Source: Promethearchaeota archaeon (GTDB lineage Archaea > Asgardarchaeota > Lokiarchaeia > Sigyniarchaeales > SOKP01). Taken from it: DNA of 64,000 nt. The notes beneath the pieces were generated by a model. The model had not been told where the DNA came from. It saw only the letters and a program-made list of their open reading frames with translations, and did no database searches. The translations under genes were made by a program, and so were the position numbers. Below, one piece after another: positions 39,058 to 49,187 of this stretch. Location of the stretch: assembly GCA_016839745.1 (NCBI GenBank), contig JAEOTS010000122.1, positions 11,977 through 75,976 on the forward strand, given 5' to 3'. Position 1 is the first letter of the stretch. Every line of letters begins with the position of its first letter.

Positions 39058-41793
39058 ATGTTTAATTTGGAAGAGTTTGAACAAGATCAAGTAATTTACC
39101 CCCTAGTTGAGAAACTCGATAAGTTACTTGATAAAAGTAAGACTGAAAAAGTAGAAAAAGTAATTAAACAACTAGAGGAACTATTAGTAGAACAAAAACA
39201 TGCGATTCTTATTTCCTATATTTTGAGTATCTTAGCAGAAAGTGATTTTAACCTAATAAACGAGAGCGTCATTAAGAATTTGGAAAGTTACATAAATACA
39301 AATGATCCAAAATTAAAGGTTAATACTCTTATAGTAATTGGATTTGCTATGCTCTCAAAACAAAAGTATCTAGATGAATATTGTCCGAAATTCATTGAAA
39401 ATTTAGGTGACTTAAACAAAGATGTACGAGATAATATCTATTATTTTTTACAGGAGATTGGAGAGAAAAATCCCAAATTACTATGCGTATATAAAAAAGA
39501 ATTCATAAATGCTTTATTGACTGAAGACGCTGAAGAAAATCTAATTTCTATAATGAGTTTTCTAGAAAAGTGCAGTGAATTTGATTTTGAACAGTTATAC
39601 AGTTTAAGGGAAGTCTTGAAATCACTCATAAATCAACATTTTACTAAAGATTCCTCCAAAATTTATTCAAAAACATTAACCTTAGTTAAAATTATTTTCC
39701 CATCTGTGAAAGATTTAGGTATTGAAGAATTTGGATTAAAAGAGTTATTAGAAACGATTCAGAATATTTTTTTGATGAAAAAATACAATTTTACTGAAAT
39801 TTCTAAGGAGACGGGAGTAGGTTTAAAAGATTTTGTTAAAAGTATGAGTATAAAAAACCAAAAAGATTGTAAGATATATTTCTACACTAGCAATAAAGGA
39901 CAAGAAAATGTCTATTTTTATGAAATCGAGAAAGAAAAACTGATAAATATATTCGGGAAGGAAGAAAAATTACAGAAGAAAAACATCCTTAAAATTTTTT
40001 CCCCTATTATTCGTACTGAACAGGAATTGAGATTATTTTTAAATACCTTAATTAAGTTGGGGCACATTAAGGGGCATTATTCAAAATTGGGTTATTTTTA
40101 CTCTTACAACTACATAAAATCAGATCTAAAAGACTCATTTCATAATAATGGGATGGTAAATCTTAAAAAATTTGATTATCTGCCTCCTGATTTTATTAAT
40201 GAAATTATAAGAGATATATCGAATCTAACTAAACAGGTTTTTCTGACAGGAAAAGATAATGCTGCGTACTACTCCTTGAAAAGCATTCAGCAACAAATTA
40301 ACACTGAAGCAGCAAAAAATACTGCAATTGATTTAAAATCATATAGAGAACGCTTAACGGAGAAAGATTTTATTAAATTGATTAAAAATTTACCAAAAGG
40401 TTATTTAACTTATTTTAGAACAGGAACTCAATGGTTGACTAATGTAGGATTATTAAATGTCAAAAAAGAAATTGAAAATTCTCGATTAATTGGTTATTAT
40501 TCAATTCCAATGCTCTCAGATAAGTTAAATGTAAAGAGAGAATTGTTAGTTCAGATTTTTGAAAGTTTTATTGATATTAGGAGCGGAATATTTGACAAGA
40601 ACAAAGAAATTTTCTATTATTCAAAATTTCTAAATCAAAAAATCGAAGAAATATACTCAATAAAGAACCAAAATGAAAGAAATGTACAGATAAATCTGAT
40701 AGCTAAAAATTTAAACATCGATAGAAGCCATATACTTACAAAATTAGACGAAAATTTAAAACTAATAGGAGAAGAAATAAAAGGAATGGATTTGATTCAA
40801 ATCGAAGATTACATTGAAAAAACAGGCATGTCATATAATTTGTTTATTGAATTTATCAATAATTTAGGATTAAATTATTTCAAAAAAGGAGAATTCCTCA
40901 TCTTTAACGAGAATAAAATCGAGGAATCCAAAAAAGAGATAAAATTGGAATTAATCGACAAATCTAGATCTGAGAATGTGATTTATTTGGGAGATATAGA
41001 TGTTACTTCTAGTATTGTTGAGAATTTGCTTAAAGAGCTCCAAAGCGATGAAAAAATTAAGGGCATTTTTCATATTCATGAAGGGGAGCTAGTCTTTTAC
41101 ACAGAAAAAGGAATAGAAAATTTGATGCTAGATAATAGTTTTATGTTTTCTTTCAATGATTTTTTTTACGGGAAGATTCTAGATGATAAGGATAAAGAGA
41201 TTTTAACATCTATTTTTAATAATTTATTGAGTAAAAATCTGTTGAAAGGTACTTTTGACGAAGAAACATTAACATTTGCTAGTTCAGAAGTAGTTTTTGC
41301 ACAGGATTATAATATAATATTATTTGACTTTTCGAAAATGATAATGGAATACATAAAAATATTCAATACTGAGTTCGAAAAAATTAAAAAAATCTTAACA
41401 AAACAGAACGAGACAATATATCCTCAAGAGGTTCGGATGATTCAAGGAATAATTGATGTAATTAACGAAAAATATATCCATTGGAGAAACGGAGTAGAAG
41501 CGTTCGTGAGAAAAGCTAATACTTCACTTTTAAAAAAACAAGGGTATACTGTTAAAAAATATAAATCTATTTCACTTTCTACAGGAAAAAAAGAAGATGT
41601 AAAATTATTTGAAGAGGATCCGGAAGTTATAGATCTAATATCAAAATTTAACAATTGGGTTAAATTATTTAATGAATTAGAGCTTAAATATGGAAATGTT
41701 ATATTTTATCAAAAAAGGTTAATAAATGATGCAGGAAATATTGGAAATCAAAAAACCTTAAATGATCTGTTAGAAAGATTAAATCTAACATAA
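39058..41793 (+). CDS. HEAT/ARM-repeat + multiple winged-helix (PCI/UFL1-like) protein
   Basis: N-terminal helical repeats (LGDLNKDVRDN); recurrent LI..G.IKG..../YS..Y/F units; LLKGTFDEETLTF resembles a PCI wing. Confidence 0.5.
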   Translation: MFNLEEFEQDQVIYPLVEKLDKLLDKSKTEKVEKVIKQLEELLVEQKHAILISYILSILAESDFNLINESVIKNLESYINTNDPKLKVNTLIVIGFAMLSKQKYLDEYCPKFIENLGDLNKDVRDNIYYFLQEIGEKNPKLLCVYKKEFINALLTEDAEENLISIMSFLEKCSEFDFEQLYSLREVLKSLINQHFTKDSSKIYSKTLTLVKIIFPSVKDLGIEEFGLKELLETIQNIFLMKKYNFTEISKETGVGLKDFVKSMSIKNQKDCKIYFYTSNKGQENVYFYEIEKEKLINIFGKEEKLQKKNILKIFSPIIRTEQELRLFLNTLIKLGHIKGHYSKLGYFYSYNYIKSDLKDSFHNNGMVNLKKFDYLPPDFINEIIRDISNLTKQVFLTGKDNAAYYSLKSIQQQINTEAAKNTAIDLKSYRERLTEKDFIKLIKNLPKGYLTYFRTGTQWLTNVGLLNVKKEIENSRLIGYYSIPMLSDKLNVKRELLVQIFESFIDIRSGIFDKNKEIFYYSKFLNQKIEEIYSIKNQNERNVQINLIAKNLNIDRSHILTKLDENLKLIGEEIKGMDLIQIEDYIEKTGMSYNLFIEFINNLGLNYFKKGEFLIFNENKIEESKKEIKLELIDKSRSENVIYLGDIDVTSSIVENLLKELQSDEKIKGIFHIHEGELVFYTEKGIENLMLDNSFMFSFNDFFYGKILDDKDKEILTSIFNNLLSKNLLKGTFDEETLTFASSEVVFAQDYNIILFDFSKMIMEYIKIFNTEFEKIKKILTKQNETIYPQEVRMIQGIIDVINEKYIHWRNGVEAFVRKANTSLLKKQGYTVKKYKSISLSTGKKEDVKLFEEDPEVIDLISKFNNWVKLFNELELKYGNVIFYQKRLINDAGNIGNQKTLNDLLERLNLT

Positions 41794-41810
41794 AAGTTTA
41801 CAATATTTCG

Positions 41811-42113
41811 TTAAGACTTCCTTTTATTTTCAATTTGAGATATTATTCCCTCAATATCGATTTTTTGGACCGATTTAATTTTATACGATTTAGGAGAATA
41901 GGTGCCGTTCATCTCCAGAATACCTTCCTTTGCGAGATAATTAAGAGATCTCCAAATAAAATTTATTTTGGAGCGATTTGAGGCTTTGATATTATTACAT
42001 CTTCTTATACTTTTAGTAGTGACTAAGTTGATGTTATTATCTATTAATTTATTAATCGCCTCTATAGTTTCCCTTAAATTTCTTGAAAAGAAGTCCATAA
42101 AATCCTCGCTCAT
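41811..42113 (-). CDS. Small basic winged-helix-like protein
   Basis: VTTKSIR...FIWRSLNYLAKEGILE...PKSYKI helix-wing pattern. Confidence 0.55.
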   Translation of the reverse strand: MSEDFMDFFSRNLRETIEAINKLIDNNINLVTTKSIRRCNNIKASNRSKINFIWRSLNYLAKEGILEMNGTYSPKSYKIKSVQKIDIEGIISQIENKRKS

Positions 42114-42261
42114 TAAAAAAAGTATTTTACTAATTAGTGTATTAATTTATTCATACGGATTTAAAAACTTTTTTTCTGTTGAATTATAAACGCTCATAAG
42201 AATTAAAATTAAATGATCCTATTCTCTATCGATACCCAAATCAAAATTTAAATTAGATTTC

Positions 42262-43860
42262 TTAATGTCGAAAAACTCTTTTACCGCAAAAGACTAATGC
42301 GCAATTTAATTCATCTGCACGCTTAATAATTGCATCATCGCGAATGGAACCTCCAGGATTGATTATAGCCTTAGCACCTACATCCACAGCAGCTTCTAAA
42401 CCATCAGGAAATGGAAAGAAAGAGTCAGTACCCATAACAGAATCCTTTAATTCAGTTTCGTGACCAAATTCTTGTGCTTTTTGTGCTGCTAATTTAACTA
42501 CATGGACTCGACTTTGTTGTCCAGCCCCAATGCCAATGGTATAAACTCCATTTTCATAAATTTGAGCAAAACAAGCTGAATTAGATTTCGTCCATTTTGA
42601 AACTTTATAAGCAAATATTAGAGCCTCTTTTTCTTCATTGGTTACTTGCTTTTTGCTTACAACATTCCAATCTTTAATTATATGTTTATGGTCATATTCT
42701 TGAACTAAAATTCCTCCCAATACACCTCTAATTTCATGATTTCTATAAATTATTTCTCGTTTGTCCAATAAATCGCCAAATTCTATTATCCTCATATTTT
42801 CTTTTTGTTTTAGTATCTCAAGCGCTTCATTTTCGAAAGATGGTGCCAATAGGACTTCAACAAAAATTTTTTCTTTATTTACAATGAAATTTGCTGCATT
42901 TGCGGTCAATTCCTTGTTTACACCCCAAATTCCCCCGAATGCAGATAAGGGATCTGTTTTGAACGCCATTTTAATAGATTCTAATTGGTCGGTTTTATCG
43001 ATAGCAATCCCATTAGGACTTGTATGCTTTAAAATAGCCGTTACATAATGGTTTCTATCAAAATCTAGAAGCATTTGAATACACGCATCAATGTCTAAGT
43101 AATTGTTGAAAGAAATCTCTTTTCCTCCGAGTTGTTTTAGATTATGAAGCCCATATTCACAGGATAGATCTCTATAATAAGCAGCAGCTTGATCCCAGTT
43201 TTCTCCATAACGACAATCTTGAACTTTTTCATACGTATTAATTATATTAGTTTTCATGATTTGATCTGGGTGATAATAGCTTTGTAAATAATTTGAAATT
43301 GCTGCGTTATAATCAGCCATTATTGTAAAGACTTCTTGAGCTAATGTTGCTCTCGTTTCATCGCTAATTCCCCCTAATTGTTCCAATTCTTCGATTATTT
43401 TATCATAATGCCTAGCATTAGGCACGACAACAACATTTGGAAAATTTTTTGCTGCTGCTCTTATCATTGTAGGACCGCCTATATCGATCATTTCCAATGC
43501 ATCAAGTAAAGTAATATTAGGTTTTGAAATTGCTTCCTTAAATTGATACAAATTACATATCACCATATCTATAGGTGGAATATTGTATTTTAGAGCATCT
43601 TCAGAATCTTTTTTTAGTTCTCGTCGAAAAAGTATTCCTCCTTCGATTTTCGGATGTAAAGTCTTAACTCTACCATCAAACATTTCAGGAGAACCGGTAT
43701 AATTAGAGATTTGTTCAAAATTAATATTGTTTTCCTTTAATAGCCGCCCGGTTCCTCCTGTAGATAGAATTTTAATTCCAAATTTACTTAACGATCTTAC
43801 AAATTCAGCAATGTTATTTTTATCAAAGACACTGACGATAGCTCTTTCAATTTTTTTCAT
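42262..43860 (-). CDS. purH: Bifunctional AICAR transformylase/IMP cyclohydrolase
   Basis: STGGT, GRVKTLHP, IDIGGPTMIRAAAKN, RYGEN, SFFPFPD, PGGSIRD, RVFRH. Confidence 0.96.
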   Translation of the reverse strand: MKKIERAIVSVFDKNNIAEFVRSLSKFGIKILSTGGTGRLLKENNINFEQISNYTGSPEMFDGRVKTLHPKIEGGILFRRELKKDSEDALKYNIPPIDMVICNLYQFKEAISKPNITLLDALEMIDIGGPTMIRAAAKNFPNVVVVPNARHYDKIIEELEQLGGISDETRATLAQEVFTIMADYNAAISNYLQSYYHPDQIMKTNIINTYEKVQDCRYGENWDQAAAYYRDLSCEYGLHNLKQLGGKEISFNNYLDIDACIQMLLDFDRNHYVTAILKHTSPNGIAIDKTDQLESIKMAFKTDPLSAFGGIWGVNKELTANAANFIVNKEKIFVEVLLAPSFENEALEILKQKENMRIIEFGDLLDKREIIYRNHEIRGVLGGILVQEYDHKHIIKDWNVVSKKQVTNEEKEALIFAYKVSKWTKSNSACFAQIYENGVYTIGIGAGQQSRVHVVKLAAQKAQEFGHETELKDSVMGTDSFFPFPDGLEAAVDVGAKAIINPGGSIRDDAIIKRADELNCALVFCGKRVFRH

Positions 43861-44012
43861 GGTAATTCATTCTTTTATATTATGATATAAAAATCAAAAT
43901 TGGTATTACTAAGTAAGAAATAATGCTGTTTTAAGTTAATTAATAGGGATTTAATAAAATTACAATCAATTGAATTTATATTATTGGATGGATTAAAAGG
44001 AAGAAATAATCA

Positions 44013-45491
44013 TTAATACCTGCTAAGTAGGTCGTGAGGTCTACTTTCACGCTGCCCTACATAAGAAACTACGCCAACTTTTGCCTTCTTCATCTCATCT
44101 ATAGTTTTTGCTCCTGCGTATATCATACCATTTAAAAGTCCTTCTTTTAAGGACAATAATACGCCTTCCATGTCTCCAACAAAAGGAACATAATCACTTA
44201 CACCTTCTGGAAGACTTTTTGAGCCTTCTGTATATCGATCTGCTACATATCCAGATGTCCTTGCTTCTTTGGAACCCATTCCTCTGTAAATTTTCACTTT
44301 TCTACCTTGTATTGTATCGACATATCCTGGACTTTCTGTTGATCCCGCAAAAAAGTGTCCAGACATTATTAAATCAGCACCTGCAGTAAACGCTTTGGGT
44401 AAATCTCCCGGATTTTTAAAACCACCATCTGCAATTAAACTAATTTTTGAATTATAATCTATTATAGCATCAGCCACTTGAGCAGTTGCAAAAAGAGTTG
44501 GAGCCCCTACACCAGTTTGAATGGATGTAGTGCAAATTGATCCCGATCCCATCCCAACTTTTAATCCAATGAATTTATCCTCATTAAAATTACCTTTTGT
44601 AATTAAATGTTCAGCGGCTTCATAAGTTCCAATGTTTCCTAACACAAAATCGGAATCTAGAAAATCCATGAGTTTTTTAGTGCCTTTAATATCTGATGTT
44701 TTATAGAAATCTGCTACATCAATAAAGAAGATATCTACATAATTCTCGATTTCTTTTAATAATTTTTGAGCATGTGTCGATTCTGGAAATTTAGGAGATA
44801 AAGCTAGAGCGCAAATCAAATGACCTTCGCTATCCATGGATGCTAAAGGAAATTCTGGAGCTAAATCCTTTTTAGTAATTAATCCCTTTAAGTTTCCTCC
44901 TTTATCTATAATAGGAAGTTTCTCTTTACGAGATTCAAAAAGAACTTCTAACGCCTTTTCTCTAGAAGCCCCCGGTTCGATGGATATCACATCCTTTGTC
45001 ATAAAATTCTTTACTTTACCGTTGTTAATATCATTTTTTGAGAAAGGTATATCTCTTTTAGTGAAAATACCACATACTTTGTTTTCTTCGTTAACAACAA
45101 CAATTCCACTAATATTATAGTTGTCCATCATATATTTTGCTTTAGAAACGGATTCATCAGGCTGTATCGTGGCTACATCATCAATAACAAATGATCTTGC
45201 TCTTTTTACAATCCTCACCATTTCTAATTGTCGTTCATAGGAACAATTTCGATGTAAAACGCCTAATCCGCCTAATAATGCCATTTTAATAGCCATCAAT
45301 TCTTCGGTTACTGTATCCATCGCTGCAGACATTATAGGTAAATTGAATTTATATGATCCTAGATTAGAAGACATATCAACTTCAGAAGGTTCAAAGTTAG
45401 TAAATCCTGGTTGAATTAGGACATCATCGAATGTAGCAATTATTTCGTTATATTTAACTTTGCTTCGATAATAATCTGTCATTTTCTGCAC
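44013..45491 (-). CDS. guaB: IMP dehydrogenase with a CBS pair
   Basis: TFDDVLI, SAAMDTVTE, GMGSGSICTT, IADGG, YRGMGS, PEGV. Confidence 0.93.
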   Translation of the reverse strand: MQKMTDYYRSKVKYNEIIATFDDVLIQPGFTNFEPSEVDMSSNLGSYKFNLPIMSAAMDTVTEELMAIKMALLGGLGVLHRNCSYERQLEMVRIVKRARSFVIDDVATIQPDESVSKAKYMMDNYNISGIVVVNEENKVCGIFTKRDIPFSKNDINNGKVKNFMTKDVISIEPGASREKALEVLFESRKEKLPIIDKGGNLKGLITKKDLAPEFPLASMDSEGHLICALALSPKFPESTHAQKLLKEIENYVDIFFIDVADFYKTSDIKGTKKLMDFLDSDFVLGNIGTYEAAEHLITKGNFNEDKFIGLKVGMGSGSICTTSIQTGVGAPTLFATAQVADAIIDYNSKISLIADGGFKNPGDLPKAFTAGADLIMSGHFFAGSTESPGYVDTIQGRKVKIYRGMGSKEARTSGYVADRYTEGSKSLPEGVSDYVPFVGDMEGVLLSLKEGLLNGMIYAGAKTIDEMKKAKVGVVSYVGQRESRPHDLLSRY

Positions 45492-45670
45492 GGTTAAAAT
45501 TATATTTTAATAGTATTATGAAAAATATTATTCTTAACATTGAAATTTAAGTATTAGTAATAAAGACAATTTTGATTTTAAAATTTTAGGTATTTAGTCT
45601 ATGGAAAATATATATTTTTTCATAGTATTTTATTATACTATTGAAGAGATAAAAAAGAGAAGGAGCTGGA

Positions 45671-46579
45671 TTACATTTGGGTCAAATTTTTCCGTGGTAA
45701 ATTTTTTATTTTTGGGTCATTGATGTAGGAATCGAGCGTCTTAATGAAAGCATCTCTATCAATTTTAATGTTTGAAGATTCTAATGAACAATAGTTACTG
45801 ACATGATCGTTGAACACTTGGGAGGAAACATTTTCCCCTAAATTAGCAATAATATTTCGTTCTTCAATCAGATTTTCTACGGGAGATAATAATTCAAAAT
45901 CTCCATTCTTCCAGTCCTTCCAAAGCGGAGTGTTAGGCATTAGATTTAAAGTTCTAAATCGGAAAATTGTAGGGTTTATTTCAGTGAGTACTCCAGCTGT
46001 TTCTTTAATGTGTTCCTCTGAAAATTTTTTCCCTCCTAAGCCTAAAATAACATATAAACTTAGTTTTATGCCCGAATTTAACACCCTTTTTCCAGCTTTA
46101 ATCATTGATTCTGCATTGGTACCCTTCTTCATAAGTCGTAGAATTTTACTACTTCCACTCTCTAATCCCATATATACTATATCTAATCCCGCTTCTGATA
46201 ATTTTTTTAATTCTTCATCAGTCTTCCTTAGAATGTCTAAAGCTTTCGCATAACAACTTACTCTTGGTACATTTTTCATTCTTAATCTGACATATTCAAT
46301 TATCTTTACGAGGTAATCTGTAGGTGCTGAAGTGGGATTACCTCCGGCCAGAAAAACAGGATATCCATGATAATTTTTATCAGCATAGAGATCAATATCC
46401 TTCAGCACATCTTCTAGTGGGCGTACTGCATAATCTTGAGTTGTTCCATAGATCCCTTTATATGTTCCACAAAAGCGGCATTTATTCCAATTACAGCCCC
46501 CTGTAACAGCTATGAGTACACTGTATGCTTCAACAGGAGGTCTGATAATAATTTGACTTGGGGGTACTTTAAAAACCAT
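45671..46579 (-). CDS. Radical SAM protein
   Basis: RPPVEA.S, CNWNKCRFC, YMGLESG, DHVSNY. Confidence 0.88.
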   Translation of the reverse strand: MVFKVPPSQIIIRPPVEAYSVLIAVTGGCNWNKCRFCGTYKGIYGTTQDYAVRPLEDVLKDIDLYADKNYHGYPVFLAGGNPTSAPTDYLVKIIEYVRLRMKNVPRVSCYAKALDILRKTDEELKKLSEAGLDIVYMGLESGSSKILRLMKKGTNAESMIKAGKRVLNSGIKLSLYVILGLGGKKFSEEHIKETAGVLTEINPTIFRFRTLNLMPNTPLWKDWKNGDFELLSPVENLIEERNIIANLGENVSSQVFNDHVSNYCSLESSNIKIDRDAFIKTLDSYINDPKIKNLPRKNLTQM

Positions 46580-46774
46580 ATCTCATCAAGGATATATATT
46601 CTCGATTATTAATTTGCTATGAACAAAACTACTAAGTTATTTTAAGCATTTTTAGAATAAAGATTTTAGTATTATATTTTAACACTAAATTGATTAAATT
46701 TTTCTTGTAGCATTAATTTAAGAAGTTATTAGCTTAAATCAAAATCTAACTTATTAGAATAATCGGTATTTTAA

Positions 46775-47380
46775 TTGATCGACACATATACTCAGGGAAA
46801 AGAAATCTTATTTACTTTTAAAACCGTAATAGTTGGTCCTCCTAGCGCAGGTAAAACTTGTCTTTTTAACCGTTTTTGTTTTAACTCTTTTAATTTCGAC
46901 ACTTCACTCACAATTGGAGTTAATTTTCACTCCATCGATCTAAAAATCCGTTCTAAAGATGAAATTAAAAACCCCAAAGAAACTTATAATGTGCAATCAA
47001 TTTTTGATTTTGGAGGTCAAGAAAGGTTTAAAGCTTTAATTCCAAAATTTTTAGGAGGAGCTAATGGTGTTCTATTAGTATTTGATTTAACAAGTAAAAA
47101 TTCATTCGAACAGTTAGAATTCTGGTATAACCAAGTATTAGAACATGCTAATGGCTTAAATCTTCCAAAATTATTAGTTGGAAGTAAAAGCGATTTAATT
47201 TCATCTACCATCATAGAGAACCTTGTTACAGAAGAAGAAATATGTAATTTTATCCAAGAAAAGAATATGGATGGGTTTTTTAAAACATCAGCCTTACAGA
47301 ACCAAAATGTATTGACTGTATTTAAAGAGCTAAATAATTTGATGTTAAAGCATCAAAACACTCAATATGTTGTATGCTAA
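46775..47380 (+). CDS. Rab-like small GTPase
   Basis: GPPSAGKT, TIGVNF, DFGGQERF, LLVFDLT, GSKSD, KTSA. Confidence 0.88.
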   Translation: MIDTYTQGKEILFTFKTVIVGPPSAGKTCLFNRFCFNSFNFDTSLTIGVNFHSIDLKIRSKDEIKNPKETYNVQSIFDFGGQERFKALIPKFLGGANGVLLVFDLTSKNSFEQLEFWYNQVLEHANGLNLPKLLVGSKSDLISSTIIENLVTEEEICNFIQEKNMDGFFKTSALQNQNVLTVFKELNNLMLKHQNTQYVVC

Positions 47381-47397
47381 TATTCTTCTTTGTAAAA

Positions 47398-48471
47398 CTA
47401 AAATTCTCTCATATACATAAAGTCGGAGAATTCATTGAAGAATGTTTTCTGATTTTTGTTAAGATCTGGATAAATATTTCTAAGCGACACTTTTGCTTGG
47501 TTTATTAGATTTTTAGAGAAATGCTCTGCTATTATCACAGCGTTAGTTTCGGCAAAAATTGTCTCAACAGTCTTAACATCACTTTTACTTAAATCTTCTA
47601 AATGATATATTTCATTTAAGGTCTTTGATTGATTTTCATCTGTATTTTGAACAGCAAATATGTATATTATTTTTTTCTTCCTTGCTTTAATATCACTTTT
47701 AATATCAATTATATCATCTCGGATCGCAAATGCCTGACCCATTAGGTTCATAGCATTACTTAAAGGTTCAATTTGATAATGAAAATTGCCTTTAGCCAAG
47801 ATAGCTCCAATTTTTACAGATTTTTCAAGCAGACTTGCTCTTTGCATCTCTGCGATAGATAAATATTGCTCTAAAGACATGGTAATATTGTGATAATTCA
47901 TATATTCTTCTATAATTTGCCCTTTCATTAATCTATCCATTGCTGCTGTATATTCATTTATAGCCTGCAATTTTAAATTATCGGAAAATCTCGAAGTTTT
48001 AAGAATGTTTAATCCTAAAAGATATCCCTGTGTTCCACCTAATATACTCATGTCTCTCCCATACATCTTAATTATTTCTTCTTTATTCGGAAGTTCTGTA
48101 TTATTGTATACTTGGTTTAATTCATTTTCGAGTTGAACATGAAAAGTGGGTTTACCTCTTCTCTCCAAATCAGCATCAATAAGATCGTCATATATTAAGT
48201 ACCCACTATGTAGCAACTCCACCGATAAGGAGACTTTCCTGATTTGATGTAATTGAGTATCCATATTAATAGGATTTACAATACCTACAAATGCAGCAAT
48301 CAATAGAATTGGATGAAGTCTCTTTGCTTTCTTATTTAGAATGAAATCTTGAAGATGAGCAATAAAATCCTTTAATAGAATCTCTTTTTCTATATCGTTT
48401 AAATAAGAGAAATAATCTTCTAATTCATTATCAATAGCTTCTTTCTCAGATTTCAGGAATTCTTCTATCAT
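47398..48471 (-). CDS. Polyprenyl (GGPP-type) diphosphate synthase
   Basis: KAKRLHP, ELLH...DDLID...RRGKPT, KGQ, GQAFAIRDDIID. Confidence 0.88.
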   Translation of the reverse strand: MIEEFLKSEKEAIDNELEDYFSYLNDIEKEILLKDFIAHLQDFILNKKAKRLHPILLIAAFVGIVNPINMDTQLHQIRKVSLSVELLHSGYLIYDDLIDADLERRGKPTFHVQLENELNQVYNNTELPNKEEIIKMYGRDMSILGGTQGYLLGLNILKTSRFSDNLKLQAINEYTAAMDRLMKGQIIEEYMNYHNITMSLEQYLSIAEMQRASLLEKSVKIGAILAKGNFHYQIEPLSNAMNLMGQAFAIRDDIIDIKSDIKARKKKIIYIFAVQNTDENQSKTLNEIYHLEDLSKSDVKTVETIFAETNAVIIAEHFSKNLINQAKVSLRNIYPDLNKNQKTFFNEFSDFMYMREF

Positions 48472-48599
48472 TTTTAATCATTGCCTTTGTTTAACTAATT
48501 CCTATTTATAATAATTAAATGATAATTTATTTACTTGTGTAAACAAGATTTTTATTATTGTTCTTCCAATATTTCTTAAATCTGTAAAGTAAAATAAAA

Positions 48600-48605
48600 A
48601 GGTGA
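48600..48605 (+). promoter_or_regulatory. Shine-Dalgarno-like AGGTGA
   Basis: 7 nt upstream of the ATT at 48613, the same spacing as at 25965. Confidence 0.6.
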
Positions 48606-48612
48606 TTTTAAT

Positions 48613-49122
48613 ATTCTAATAGCAGTTTTCTCAGATTCACACGATCATCGAGATAATATTTTAAAAGCAGTTTCTATAATAAACGATAAAAAAGTAGATG
48701 CATTAATTCATTGCGGTGATTACGTTGCACCTTTCGTTAAATTATGGTTCAATAAACTCAATGAATCAATAAAAAAGCAATTTTTTGGCGTTTTCGGAAA
48801 TAATGATGGAGAAATTCTATACCTCACACAAAACTTAGGTCAAATTTGTGATTTTGCAAAAAATGGTCATGAGTTAATAATTGAGTTAGGAGGAAAGCGA
48901 ATTTTTGCTTCACACATGCCTAAACAAGAAACCATTGATGCATTAGCAGAATCTGGAAAATTTGATATTATCTTATCTGGTCATACCCATAACATGGTAA
49001 ATCGGAAAGAGAATGGGGTGTTAATAATAAATCCCGGTGAACTCTGCGGATATTTAACGAATAAATCAACATTTGCAATTATTGATACTGAAACTATGAA
49101 TGCTGAAATTATTGAAATTTAG
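48613..49122 (+). CDS. YfcE/MJ0936-family metallophosphodiesterase; full gene about 169 aa, probable ATT start
   Basis: The frame of ORF 48916..49122 extends upstream through (I)LIAVFSDSHDH, HCGD, GNND and SH to a TAA at 48595; GHTH and INPG follow. Confidence 0.85.
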   Translation: MLIAVFSDSHDHRDNILKAVSIINDKKVDALIHCGDYVAPFVKLWFNKLNESIKKQFFGVFGNNDGEILYLTQNLGQICDFAKNGHELIIELGGKRIFASHMPKQETIDALAESGKFDIILSGHTHNMVNRKENGVLIINPGELCGYLTNKSTFAIIDTETMNAEIIEI

Positions 49123-49187
49123 TAACAGTTCAATTTATTCGTTTTCTTAATTTTTTTATAGCAGTAAGCTTTAATCTATATTATATT

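Noticed and set aside
45599-45625. Imperfect palindrome CTATGGAAAATATATATTTTTTCATAG upstream of guaB
   Set aside because: Mostly A/T, so plausible by chance at this composition; no convincing second copy found.
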